Source of the DNA: an uncultured virus (IMG/VR IMGVR_UViG_3300024177_000002)
Taxonomy: Duplodnaviria > Heunggongvirae > Uroviricota > Caudoviricetes
Strand: one strand, 5' to 3'
IMG/VR virus record: IMGVR_UViG_3300024177_000002
Length of the DNA: 64,000 nucleotides
Of the stretch, positions 38,538 through 49,423 are shown in pieces. Both the position numbers and the translations under genes were made by a program. The notes below the pieces were generated by a model. It saw nothing but the letters and a program-made list of their open reading frames with translations, was not told the DNA's origin and did not search any database. Position 1 is the stretch's first letter. Each line of letters starts with the position of its first letter.

Positions 38538-39356
38538 ATGAGCGACCCATTCAACCCTGTAATTCAAAAGCTGGGCGATGTGCTGACCACCGAGGAAAAC
38601 ATCTTGGCCAACGAGCAAGAGGTGTGGAAAAGGATCAATCAGCAACGCGGGCCAACGATTGCGGTTATCAATGCCAGCACGGTCGTGACGGATGCGGATG
38701 CGGCGAAAGTAACGGCGGCGCTCCAGATTCAGGTTTCGCGTGATCTTTATCCCGCTTGGGGATTTGACGCTAAACTTCTTTTCATTCCAAAGGGCGCCGT
38801 TGCTCCGTCAGGATCATGGCAAGTCGCTATTTTAGATGATAGCCCACAAGCTGATATTCTCGGATTTCACGATTGGAGCAAAGACGGGCTTCCGCTTGCA
38901 AAAGTTTTCGCAAAAACAGATATTGATGCAGGTTCACCTTGGTCAATTTCGGCATCACACGAAATAGCCGAAATGGGGGCTGACCCAGATATTTCCAGAT
39001 GTGTATTTCGGGAGCAGTTTGGACAGATTGTAGCTCTTGAGAATTCAGATGCCCCGGAATCAGACCAATACGCGTACTTGATCAATGGCGTGATGGTGAG
39101 CGACTTTGTATTTCCAAGTTGGTTCGAGGATTTCTGGTCTCCAGGTCAAACACAATTCGATTACGGAAAGCATATTGACCGACCGTTCCAGCTTTTACCC
39201 GGAGGATATATTGGAGTTTTCGATATAAAGGGATCAGGCGGATGGACACAACTTACGCACAACCGGGAATCCAATCGAAAATCCCGCGCTCCCATCGGCA
39301 GCCGCCGCGAACGCCGGCGAACTCCAAGGGATCAGTGGCAGCGCAGTTCAATATGA
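38538..39356 (+). CDS. zincin-like metallopeptidase-domain protein (HExxE)
   Basis: LGFHD...WSISASHEIAEMGADP...E.SDAPE...VSDFVFPSWF. Confidence 0.6.
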   Translation: MSDPFNPVIQKLGDVLTTEENILANEQEVWKRINQQRGPTIAVINASTVVTDADAAKVTAALQIQVSRDLYPAWGFDAKLLFIPKGAVAPSGSWQVAILDDSPQADILGFHDWSKDGLPLAKVFAKTDIDAGSPWSISASHEIAEMGADPDISRCVFREQFGQIVALENSDAPESDQYAYLINGVMVSDFVFPSWFEDFWSPGQTQFDYGKHIDRPFQLLPGGYIGVFDIKGSGGWTQLTHNRESNRKSRAPIGSRRERRRTPRDQWQRSSI

Positions 39357-39518
39357 TTTTGCGGGGCTGGTTTGGTTATGTGCATTTCCGGGCTGGCTCT
39401 GCTTTTCAATTTTGCCGGGGCGCGGGCACGCTGCCAATGGATGCGGACTCTCTCCCACCGTGTTCATCTTTCATCGCGCTCCGGCGATTTTCACTGCAAA
39501 AGATTTTTGAAAAACTTA

Positions 39519-39546
39519 TTGACTTCAATTCAAAAGCTATTATGAT
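39519..39546 (+). promoter_or_regulatory. sigma70-like promoter for the rightward recombination operon
   Basis: TTGACT-16 bp-TATGAT, ATG 8 nt downstream. Confidence 0.55.
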
Positions 39547-39554
39547 AATCCGAA

Positions 39555-39686
39555 ATGAAATGGGTCACTAATCAAATTAGATGCCTTCAATGTGGGCATA
39601 AATGGACTCCGAGAACGCGCAAGCCGATTGAATGTCCAGATTGCAAATCTCGTAAATGGGCAGAGCCAAAAAGGAAAGCGACATGA
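39555..39686 (+). CDS. 43-aa Zn-ribbon protein
   Basis: MKWVTNQIRCLQCGHKWTPRTRKPIECPDCKSRKW. Confidence 0.7.
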   Translation: MKWVTNQIRCLQCGHKWTPRTRKPIECPDCKSRKWAEPKRKAT

Positions 39687-40552
39687 AATCTACGCCAACA
39701 GACATAATGACCGAAAAAGAGCTTGTTGAAGAATCTGATTCATTGACGAAGTTCGTAATGGCCGGCGATGCCACGCCAAAGGACGCACAGCGACTCACGG
39801 CCCTTCGTTTGGCTCTCAAGGAAATCCAAACATCGAAAAAAATCTGGAAATGAAACTCAACCCTGACTCACCCGCATTTCCTACTGGAAGCTCAATGGAC
39901 AAGGGCCTCACAATCCGAGCCGAGTTTGCCAAGTCGGCGATGATGGGGTTGATGGCGAATGTTCCTTTTACAGATAGAACTTGCAAAGAAATTGCAGATT
40001 GGTCCGTCGAACAAGCCGACGCCTTAATCGCCAGACTCAATGAGGACGAGAAATGACAACCACTGAAGAAACATTCGAGACCGAACCAGATGCACAGACC
40101 CCGCCAGTTCCAAAGACACGCAAGAAGCGCACGCCGACCCCAAGAGCGCCCCGCACAATCGACCCTGAGATTGCCAGGATAAAAGCCGAGACTGCCGAGA
40201 AGGTGGCTGAGTATCGCAAGAGCCTGAAATCGGGCGGCGTCTTGAAAACCATTGTCGAGAGGTTGCTGCCGAAACTCACCATCAACGATCACAATAAGCT
40301 CATGGACTACGGCAAGATTGTGCCAACAGCATCGTTACGGGTGGAGGCAAGCAAATGATTATCGACCACCTACCCGGAATCAGGGCCTTCGCTGAACAGC
40401 GAAAGCTTCAGCTTGAAAGTCGTTTCACTGTGGACAGAGAAGCCGCTGCCCGCATTGACGAACTCAATATGATTATCGTTTTGTGTGACGGACTTGAAAA
40501 ACAAAATGAGCTTTTTAGCGCAGCAATGAACAAAGGCAGCGTTGAGGCATGA
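39683..40552 (+). CDS. four short coupled hypothetical genes (39683-39853, 39850-40056, 40053-40358, 40355-40552)
   Basis: ATGA overlaps; 39850 has the common phage motif PAFP...GLTIRAEFAKSAMMG...ADALI. Confidence 0.6.
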
Positions 40553-41295
40553 ACAAAGAACTTGAATTAACGGCCAAAAACGAAACGAACATTGCCCTTT
40601 CTCCATCGCCATCGGAAATGATGCAGGCGATGATTAAAAGTGGAGTCACCGCTGAAAATGCTGCTGCATTTACGGAATTGGTTCGTCTCTCAGAGCACAT
40701 GGAGGATCGGGCGGCGCAAAAGGAATTTGCCGCTGCATTTGTCGCCCTTCAATCGGAAATGCCAACCATAGTCGCTAAGACGATCATTCCGAATCGCGGC
40801 AAATATGAGCGATATGAGGATTTGATGGAGGTCATCGGTCCACTATTGAGCAGGCACAATTTCACCGTATCATTCTCAATGGATTTCAAAGACAATCGGA
40901 TTCTTGAAACTTGCCATCTAAGGCACAATGGGCATCACGGTTCGCACACTCAATCGAACAGTTTTGCCGTGCGGGCTGGGCGCGCTGACAGTGACACTCA
41001 ATCCGATTGCAAAGCGGCCACTACGGCGAAGCGAAACGCATTCTGCAATGCCCTGAATATCGTCATCAGGCAGGACATTTTGAACGAGGAACACGACGCT
41101 GGTATGGAAGGCGATCCGAATGCCAAACTGAGTCCGCAGCAAGCCGAAGAATTGGAGCATCGAGTTCAAATGAGCAATTCTAACATCGCGGCCTTTTTGA
41201 AGTTCGCCGGGGCAACGAAATTTTCGGAGATTCGAGCCGCCAAGTATGATGAACTAGACGCAATGCTAAGGCGCAAGGAAAACCCAAAAGGATGA
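40549..41295 (+). CDS. ERF-family ssDNA annealing protein
   Basis: F..LQSEMPTI, KY..YEDL...I.PLL, ATTAKRNAF..ALNI; adjacent to an exonuclease. Confidence 0.8.
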   Translation: MNKELELTAKNETNIALSPSPSEMMQAMIKSGVTAENAAAFTELVRLSEHMEDRAAQKEFAAAFVALQSEMPTIVAKTIIPNRGKYERYEDLMEVIGPLLSRHNFTVSFSMDFKDNRILETCHLRHNGHHGSHTQSNSFAVRAGRADSDTQSDCKAATTAKRNAFCNALNIVIRQDILNEEHDAGMEGDPNAKLSPQQAEELEHRVQMSNSNIAAFLKFAGATKFSEIRAAKYDELDAMLRRKENPKG

Positions 41296-41488
41296 AAAAA
41301 GAACCAATCAACACCGGAAATTTACCCTTGGTATATAATCTCTCGCTGAAAGAAGCTGAATCATTCAGCGATGCGCTTTCTGATGTTGTTTGCTGGCTCA
41401 GTGGCTTCAAATCCGCCGGCGGTGTGTATGCTCCCGAAAGCATGGAGGTGCTGCGTGATTTGAATATCAAGTTGAAATCTTTGCTTCC

Positions 41489-42175
41489 GTGAAAATTCAT
41501 CAAGACATCGAGCAAGGATCAGTTGATTGGCAAATTTTAAGGAGCGGCAAAATCACCGCCTCTGAAATGGACGCACTTGTTTCTCCGACCGGGAAAATCC
41601 GTGAAGGAGATGGCGTAACAACCTATCTGAACCAGAAACTTTGCGAGATGTGGACGGGAGGGCCGTTGATTTCGCTTCAAGGCATTTTCGACGTGGATCA
41701 AGGCGTGATCCTGGAAGAAAGAGCTAAGCCAGCTTTCACGCTTCACACCGGCATTGAAATTCACAATGTCTCTTTTATCGAAACTAACGATGGGCGCACG
41801 GGGTGCTCGCCGGATGCTCTAATTGGCGCTGAATCTGGCGTTGAAATAAAGTGCCCGCGCCTGGATACGCACGTTGGATACCTACTCAACGGAACTTTGC
41901 CGAAACAATACGTAGCCCAAGTGCAAGGGTCAATGTTCGTCACAGGATTCAAGACCTGGCATTTTTTCAGTTTTCAAAGAGCCTTACCACCGTTGCATGT
42001 GATCGTAGAACGTGACGCAGAATTTCAGGACGCGCTCAGAACGGCTATTGATGGGTTCATTAAAAGACTTGATGCGGCTATGAAGAAGTTGGTTTCAATC
42101 AATGGAGGCCCTCCACGTCGATATGCACAGGCGGCAGAATCCATTCCCGTATGCGCCGACGATATAACGCCATGA
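41489..42175 (+). CDS. YqaJ / lambda-exonuclease family recombination nuclease
   Basis: EQGSVDW..LRSGKITASE, GCSPDALI, EIKCP, Y.AQVQG.M.VTG. Confidence 0.9.
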   Translation: MKIHQDIEQGSVDWQILRSGKITASEMDALVSPTGKIREGDGVTTYLNQKLCEMWTGGPLISLQGIFDVDQGVILEERAKPAFTLHTGIEIHNVSFIETNDGRTGCSPDALIGAESGVEIKCPRLDTHVGYLLNGTLPKQYVAQVQGSMFVTGFKTWHFFSFQRALPPLHVIVERDAEFQDALRTAIDGFIKRLDAAMKKLVSINGGPPRRYAQAAESIPVCADDITP

Positions 42176-43206
42176 ATCTTTGCCCATCCTGCCACAAACC
42201 GCTTGAACTTGAAAACTGTGAAGGTTTTGTGATCATCTGGTGCGGCAACGGCAAATGTCCAGCCGGGTCAACATCGAATGATGGAGCATCGGCGCAGACC
42301 GTCGAGCAGGCTTACAGGGAATTGGAAAAGCTGATTGAGGCGAAGGAATGAAAGTCTGGATCACCAAACACGCTTTGACGGAGGGAATTCAGGAGGCGAG
42401 CGACGCGGAGATTGCGGAGTGTGCTTCAACCATGATTTCGGTCCCATCATTAGGCACATTTGCTGACTTTCACGGCGAAGGCCGGGAGTGGCACCGCAAC
42501 AAAGCATCAGCGATTGCCAAGGCCGAACAAATGCGCGTCGCTAAAATCGCCGCCTTGGAAAAGGCCATCAAGAAACTGAAGGCCATGAGGTTTGAATGAA
42601 TTTCGGTTCCGCAGCGTGTCGGAGCCGCGCATAAGCCATGAGTGTGCGAAAGCAGGAGGGGTATCATATTCCCCGGAACTCCTTGGTGAGCCGTCCGCTG
42701 GGCCTGCAACAACCATTGGCGACGGCACTTGATTTATGATGCCAGCTAACAGCATATCCATGCACGCGATTGAGAGGTTTCGTGAACGAAATAACGGAGG
42801 CTCTTATGCTACAATTCGCAGGAAAATCACCGGACTTCTTTATTCGTCCAAAGAAGTTCGACGCATTAGCGGATCGCAGCCATCGGACACATCAAAATAC
42901 TTTGCTGTAGATGGACTTGTATTCGTCGTTAAAGATGGCGTGGTTGTGACGGCGCTATTTGAAAAGAACGACTGGAGGCCGGTATAATTTATGTCGATTG
43001 ATACCGAAAAGATTAGAGCACAAGGACTTGCGTTTAACCATACGCCAAGACAGGCATGGCAACATCATCTCATGGGACCGGCTGAACTCAGGAACCTGCT
43101 GGGCGAGCTTAAGCGGCTTCAGGAGCGCGTTGCCGCCTTGGATGGTGCTAAGACACCATCTGAGGCTGAAAACAAGTCTGGTGAGGCTGTTGGGAAGGAG
43201 AAATAG
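42172..43206 (+). CDS. short hypothetical genes (42172-42351 Zn ribbon, 42348-42599, 42736-42987, 42991-43206)
   Basis: Tandem ORFs; 42736 has a HAIERFRER...VVVT toxin/RNase-like pattern. Confidence 0.55.
42603..42730 (+). ncRNA. candidate multi-hairpin non-coding RNA
   Basis: Four consecutive stems in a gene-free gap: CGGTTCCG/CGGAGCCG, CGCAT/GTGCG, AGGAG-GGG..CCC-CTCCT, GCCGTC/GACGGC. Confidence 0.4.
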
Positions 43207-43207
43207 G

Positions 43208-43234
43208 CACTTGACAATGGCGTCAAGTCAAGTG
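43208..43234. terminator. inverted repeat between convergent operons
   Basis: CACTTGAC...GTCAAGTG. Confidence 0.4.
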
Positions 43235-43929
43235 CTCTGCTCAATCTTTGAAATTTCTGCCTGAAGCTTTTCCCGCTTCCGTTTTAAGCGTTCAAAATCA
43301 GCCAGTGTTTTTGTAACTTTAGCCGCTCGATCAATCATGCCCAAGGTGTGCCTGACGCGATCCAAACCTGCAACATGAGTTTTATCGGCAAGAATCATAT
43401 AGACATTGCTCACGCTGGTCTTAAATCTTGCGGCCAGTTGTTCCGCAGTAATTCCATCTTGATAAAGCTTCCGCATCAAATCTGCATTCTCGTTTGTGAC
43501 TCTACGCCGCCGATTATTGATAATCTGATTGCGCTTTGCCTCAACTTCTTCCTCTGTCCATTCTTTGGTTGATTTGTGCGAGTATTTGGACAGTTGATTG
43601 CGAACGTAGCTATCAGTGCAAAGTTCAGATTCAAGCTGCGCCCTGGCTCTGAGTTCAAGGCGTTTTGCCTTTCGCATTTTGGCGGAATTGGCAAGCCACT
43701 TCTCCCGGTTGTTCGCAATCCATTCTTTGGTTTTCTGACGCCAATGCTCTGGATTATTCCAGTAGGTAAATTGACGTCTTCGTTTTAATCTTAAAGCCTT
43801 GGATGGTATCTTTCGATACGCCAGGGCTAGGTGTTTAGCCTTTTCTCTGAAAACTGGATCAGTGCGATACCTTATGCGCATTCTTTTACGCCGAAGTATG
43901 GCATCTCGTGTGTTAAGCAGTTTTTTCAC
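43228..43929 (-). CDS. basic DNA-binding protein with HTH
   Basis: K/R-rich; LYQDGITAEQLAARFKTSVSNVYMIL. Confidence 0.6.
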   Translation of the reverse strand: MKKLLNTRDAILRRKRMRIRYRTDPVFREKAKHLALAYRKIPSKALRLKRRRQFTYWNNPEHWRQKTKEWIANNREKWLANSAKMRKAKRLELRARAQLESELCTDSYVRNQLSKYSHKSTKEWTEEEVEAKRNQIINNRRRRVTNENADLMRKLYQDGITAEQLAARFKTSVSNVYMILADKTHVAGLDRVRHTLGMIDRAAKVTKTLADFERLKRKREKLQAEISKIEQST

Positions 43930-44097
43930 TGGCTCAAAACTTTCTTCGACAGTTGTTGCAGTAAAAATACAGTCCGTGGTCCGGCACGCAGTCCTGCGAC
44001 GCACAGTAAGGACACTTCATATTAAATGTTTTCCACAGCCAATAGATGGCAATAGGCAATCCAGCTATCAAAATCACTATCAAGCCAATTACGGGTA

Positions 44098-44766
44098 TCA
44101 TACATTCTCCACAATCTGAACCACGCATTGTTTCACGCCGTCTTTCAGGAACAGCATCAACTTTGGACTGGATGGCTTGGCTGACGTTTTCTCAACGGTC
44201 ACCGCACCGGATGGTGAGATTTTCAGAACAAATGTGCCAATCAATTTTTCGGTTGGCTCAACGATCTTGCGCTTGCGACCGCGCTTTGCATGTTCGGCCA
44301 TGTAATCGCGTTGCGCTTCGACAGTGCGAACGCCGGTATCCGAAAATACTACGTCCGCCTCATAGCGATTCAACTCCTTGAGATATTTCTTTTCTGTGGT
44401 GACAGAGCCGTTGTTTGCCGGGAGAAATAATTCTATTGGCTCCTTGGAAAACCTTTCCTGAACATCATAAGGCAAGTCCAAGAGCTTTTTGGCTCCGAAT
44501 GATGTGTCCATGAGTAACGGCGGATAGATTTGCTTCCGGCCCATCTTCTCAAAGGCCAGGAGCATTTCAAAAGTGATGGACGGATTGCGGACGATGATCT
44601 CAGAATAAATGTTTGGGTTTTCTGAAACGAGCTTTACAAGCATTTCTCCGGCTCGCATCCACATTTCCATGCCACACTGAACAAGTGTGACGAATGTTTC
44701 AACGCTGGTGGTTTGGATTGCGGTAGAACTGGTTGTTTTAGTCATGTGCATTTCTGGTTTTTTCAT
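44098..44766 (-). CDS. hypothetical protein
   Basis: 222-aa ORF. Confidence 0.65.
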   Translation of the reverse strand: MKKPEMHMTKTTSSTAIQTTSVETFVTLVQCGMEMWMRAGEMLVKLVSENPNIYSEIIVRNPSITFEMLLAFEKMGRKQIYPPLLMDTSFGAKKLLDLPYDVQERFSKEPIELFLPANNGSVTTEKKYLKELNRYEADVVFSDTGVRTVEAQRDYMAEHAKRGRKRKIVEPTEKLIGTFVLKISPSGAVTVEKTSAKPSSPKLMLFLKDGVKQCVVQIVENV

Positions 44767-45376
44767 TGTTCGTTTTGGTTGAGGTTTTACGGCATCAAAC
44801 TCTGAATCAAATGCACCGCGATCAGGGCCGCGACCGCACCGGCGAAGGCCACGAACCAGATCAGGGCAAAGAGGGTGGTGTCAGTTTTCATTGGTGTTCA
44901 TTTCGTTGTTAACCGGGCGCGAGGCGCAACGACTGCTGATCGACGGCTTTCGCCCTCAGCTTCCGCCGTATCGCAATACGATACCTTGGGTGCGCCCCGT
45001 GCTCGGCTAACTTTGAGTTTCATTTTTTAACTCTGTTTCCGTCCTTGTTGTGATATTGCCACCAGAGATTTTCCAGTTCAGGCATTGAATCATCTGGCCA
45101 TCCTAGCTTTTTGCACTCGTCAAGCCAGTGCAAGCATAGGCGAAGTGAATCTAAAGTTGCATCAGATGGTCTGCCTGTAAGGGTTTCAGTTTTTGGTTTC
45201 ATGTTTAAGCTCCGCGAGTTTGGTTTTCTCTTTGTTGAGGCACAGAGGGCATATTCCGTGGCTCGTATTCGCTGGATCAAACGCCGCCGCTAATCCTTCA
45301 GGCACCCACCAAACGCTTTCATCGGCGCGGACGATTTTGACTTTCTTGCACCAAGCGCAGATCGCGGTTAGATTGT

Positions 45377-45610
45377 TCATCGTTTCAGTATCTCCCAGTA
45401 ATCCCCGTCATCTAATTGCAAATCAATCTGCTGTAAATCGCCCTCGACAGCCTTGGCAATCCTCGAATTGTGAAAGCTGGCGATGAAATTGCATTTCCAG
45501 GCCAGCCGTTGATACAGCTTTTTGCTGGCGATGCCGACTGCGCTGGCCAGGATGGTGAGGATTGCGAGAACGCACAGGAGCTCGATCAGGGTGAAGGCGC
45601 GGCGGGTCAT
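45377..45610 (-). CDS. prepilin-type N-terminal cleavage/methylation domain miniprotein (77 aa)
   Basis: MTRRA-FTLIELLCVLAILTILAS: class III signal peptide with E+5. Confidence 0.82.
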   Translation of the reverse strand: MTRRAFTLIELLCVLAILTILASAVGIASKKLYQRLAWKCNFIASFHNSRIAKAVEGDLQQIDLQLDDGDYWEILKR

Positions 45611-45989
45611 ACCAAAATCGCAATCATTACCCCGATGCCGACCACTAGGATAGCGGCGACAACGGGCCAGTGGTAGCGCGAGAGTAGCAGGTGGGTCATT
45701 GTGAATTCCTTTCCCATGTTTCAACAGCCTTCCATTCGCTGTTACCGTCGGAACCGTTTGCCCAAATTTCCCAAGCTTTCCATCCGTAACCATCTCGGTT
45801 ATCGGTGCAGGCGTTTCCGTCCTTGCGAGCATTATCTATTGAATCTGCCACGCCTCGCGTGAATCTCCTTCGTAATCAGTGCCGACAAGCAGCACTGGAT
45901 AACCAAAACCCCGTTTCATAAATTCGCCCTTCGTTTAATTGTTAATCCCCGCTTGCCCGCGCCGAATCTCAGCGCGGGACGGCGAGGAT

Positions 45990-46904
45990 TTAGGCGGCGG
46001 TTGCCTCAATAGTTTTGGCTTTGTGATCCTGGACTTCCGCCCAAACGTGCTTAAGTGGCCACGGAAAGACGCCAGATGAAGAAGCAACGGTTTTGGTGTT
46101 GGCCTTGACTACCACCTCCCAACGTCCGCGAATCTTAACGGCGTCTCCCGGCTTCACATTTTCACGGTTGAACTGAACGCCGCCTAGTGCGGTCATTGCC
46201 GACGTGAAGTAGTCAAGTTTTTCCTGATATTCGACGCGAACCGTTTTTAGCTTTTCCAGCCAATCAGTATATTGCTGGTTTTCTGGATTGGCCAGCTTGC
46301 GGTCAATGTCTCGCACGTGTGCCTGATTTTCGTCAATTCGGTTTTGAAGATAACGACGATCTTGCAAATTGTCTTGGCTTGCAGTGAAAGCAGCCGACGC
46401 AGCGCGGCCAGCAAAGTATTTCGCTTTGTCGCTTTCCTCGATACCTTTCCGCATGGCATTGTCGGCGCGTTCAATCGCTCGCCGGTGACGGCCTTCGGAA
46501 TGATGCCCGACAAGAATCGGTTGCCCTAATGGAATGCCGCTTTTTTCCTCACGTAGGTCAGCACGATCAAAGGCTTGCGCGGCTCGTTTCTCGGCATTCT
46601 CAGCATGAGCTTCCATCCGTTCAGCGCGCTCTTTGGCCTGCTCAACTGCGCGCTCCTGTTGTTCGGCAAAGGTTAACCTATCGCCAGTTTCGCCAGAGTC
46701 GGTCAATCCAAGCGCCGTTGCCACTTGGACGGCTCGCCAGTCGCTTCGCGTGGCTCGACTCGCCCAACAGCCTTGACGACCAGAAAACAGACAGGCTGAT
46801 TTGATGGTGGATTTTTCGGAGTCTGTCAGAGCCATGTAATCGGCGTTGCTGAAATGCAACTCAACTTTGCCGGTTTCGAGGTTGCGAATAAACGTTCCGT
46901 TCAT
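45990..46904 (-). CDS. DUF3560 domain protein
   Basis: IPLGQPILVGHHSEGRHRRAIERADNAMRKGIE. Confidence 0.85.
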   Translation of the reverse strand: MNGTFIRNLETGKVELHFSNADYMALTDSEKSTIKSACLFSGRQGCWASRATRSDWRAVQVATALGLTDSGETGDRLTFAEQQERAVEQAKERAERMEAHAENAEKRAAQAFDRADLREEKSGIPLGQPILVGHHSEGRHRRAIERADNAMRKGIEESDKAKYFAGRAASAAFTASQDNLQDRRYLQNRIDENQAHVRDIDRKLANPENQQYTDWLEKLKTVRVEYQEKLDYFTSAMTALGGVQFNRENVKPGDAVKIRGRWEVVVKANTKTVASSSGVFPWPLKHVWAEVQDHKAKTIEATAA

Positions 46905-46906
46905 AA

Positions 46907-49297
46907 TCAATCCCAGTAAGGTTTTGCAATCTCGCTCGGCGTTCTGCCTTCAGCGCGGTCAACATATTCACGGCGATAGTCAGACGAGGCCGCGATGCTG
47001 ATTCCTTGGAAATGAACCGGCTTATCGAAGCCAAACAGCTTTCCAAGCTCGGCGCGGTCATCCGGCGACATGTGGCCAGCGTCAGCCTTCTCGGTGTCAT
47101 ATTCCTCGTAATCTTCCGGCCTGCCAGCGAAGGTTCCTGGCTTCTCGCGATTGCTCCATGTTCTGCGGCTCGGCGGCGCGTCAATGGTAATCCAACCCCA
47201 GCCTGTTCCGCGCCCGCCTGTGACACTCCATGATTTGTTACTTCGCTTTTTCAAAGCGGCTTTGATTCTGGCGATAGCTTGATCGCGGTCGATACTTGTA
47301 TCTGTTTCTGTCAATGTGTGCATTTTTAACCCTTGGTTGATTGTTATTTGCGGTAATCACCGCGCAGTCGCCCCTCGGTGAAGGACGACGGCGCAAGAGG
47401 ATCACATCAATACACAGCGATCAAAACCAGAGGCAGGCTTAGTGATTTCTGCCCTTAATTTTTCAGTTTGCGCCATGAAATAGTCCCGGCTCTGAGCCAG
47501 TTGTCTAATACGTTCAGAGGCGGAATAGCAATGTCGATCCGTGCAGGTGCCGGTAGCGCAACCAGCCTTGTCAAGCTGTCGTTGAATGGCCGCGTGATAG
47601 CCTTCCCAAGCGGTAATAATCTTTCCTCTAATTGCGTCATTGGCCAGCCACCGCTCGGCTTTAAAGTTGGCTTCGTGTTTTGCTCTCAGTTTCGCTATCT
47701 CGATCAAATAAGCTTCGGGTGTTTTCATAATTTTCTGCATTTCCATGTTTTGCGAATGTTCATGTGAAAAATCAGTCTGAATAAGTTGATAACTGGGCGC
47801 TTGTGTAGCAGTTCAACCGGCCAGCCATTGCGATCACGCCATACAATTCGCATTCTCATAAATCGGGGTGTTGTTTTTGAAATTTGCGGCCTTCGTTAAA
47901 AGCTTCCTGTGCGATTTCAGATAAATACTCGTTAAACTTTGTTTCCAGCAATGGATTGCGATCCGGATTTTTAGGGTTGTAAGACTCTCGGCAAAAAAGA
48001 CTGCGAATGCTTATTGCCGCTTTTTCATCTGGCGGGCAGTTAACATTGATCGAAATCATACTTCTGTTTCAGGAATGTCTGACCTCCAAACCAGAACTTT
48101 ATTTTCGCCCATGTAGCTTAAGGCCCCAGAAAGACTGCTTTGATTGGCTCGCAAAATAGCAGCGTGATTCTGGCCGTCAGTTGCCCAATCGTAAGTGTCT
48201 GGTAATACTTCCCAAACTTGATAGGCAAGTTTGGCCGGGATGAAATCTTTTGAATTGAGCAGTTTACCCGCTAATGCCCCGCGCCATTCGCGCATCCGGC
48301 CCCTATTCCACTCAATATAGTTTTGTTCAGCTTGATCTATGTCTTGGTTCATCATCTCGCCTTTCTCGCTTCGTGCCGCGCCAAGAGGATTTGACGGCCC
48401 CACAGCGCGCACAGGATGTAAATGGTTAAGGTCATTTGTCAGATGCGTTGACTGCTCGCTTTAGCTGGCTTTGAAGCGCGCCCGCTAATTGCAACAGGTT
48501 AAAGACCACAATCTCAGCGAATTGATTCTTGTCCTGAATCGCATCAGAGTGCGCCGAGCGTAGGTCATACATCATAGCCTCAAACGACTTCTCGGCTTTC
48601 AGTAGGTTTTCAGTTTTCATAATTTTTGAACCGCGCAGTCCCGCCGACAACCGCCGGCAGGACGTGCGCGAGGGTTAGGTGCAGCAACCGCAGCAAGGCG
48701 CGTCCTCGCAACGTCCGCGTGAGTTTTGAGCCATCACCGCGCCAGAACTGAAGCGCACCACCGACAGGCCGCGCCGAGCCAAACGCCGGTCATTGGCCAG
48801 CGTGCCAGGTTCAAGGCCAGCGGCTTCATCTTCAAAGCCGCCTGTTTGTCCATCCTCACCAGTGCAACCAGACTCGCAATTATTATGTTCTGCGCGGCCT
48901 TTTCCGAAAAAGTTAATCAGGTCACCTCGCTTGATTGGTTGCCCGCAGTAATTGCACGTTCCCGAATATTTCGCTGTCATTGTTTTCATGGCTTCCTCTC
49001 GCTTCGGGGTTAGGCAAGAAGTGGGTTCTTGTGTAAATCTTGGGCAAACGATTCCGAGAACGGCGCGCTGTCGAAGTCATCAAACTTCCACTTCCGCTCT
49101 TGAATGTTCCCCGCCTCATTGCACCACGCAACTTGAGTCAGTCCTCCACAAGCGCGCCAGCCACGAATGAAATTCTCGCAAGCACGAAAATCCGATTGCA
49201 TCAAGCGCGTTGTCTTTCCCGTCTCTGGCGTGAATCTGAACACGTTTGCAATTCCAGCCTGATAAACCAAAATAGCGGTGTCATTGAATATTTTCAT
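46907..49297 (-). CDS. early leftward operon of small hypothetical genes (46907-47323, 47402-47728, 47856-48059, 48056-48354, 48432-48620, 48675-48989, 49010-49297)
   Basis: Short ORFs separated by GC-rich hairpins; 48675 ends in GRCEDAPCCGCCT. Confidence 0.6.
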
Positions 49298-49423
49298 TTT
49301 TCAACCTCTCAAAAATCCCGCCAAGCTGACCGGGTGAAAGCGCGCGATTGAGACAGCGCGGACTCGGCCAGCCGGCGGGAAATTGTTTTGATTTGCTTTG
49401 TTACTTTTCACGTTAACAAGAGG

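Noticed and set aside
45611..45832. 151-aa version of the pilin-like ORF
   Set aside because: The upstream extension overlaps other small ORFs, and the class III signal only makes sense from ATG 45610.
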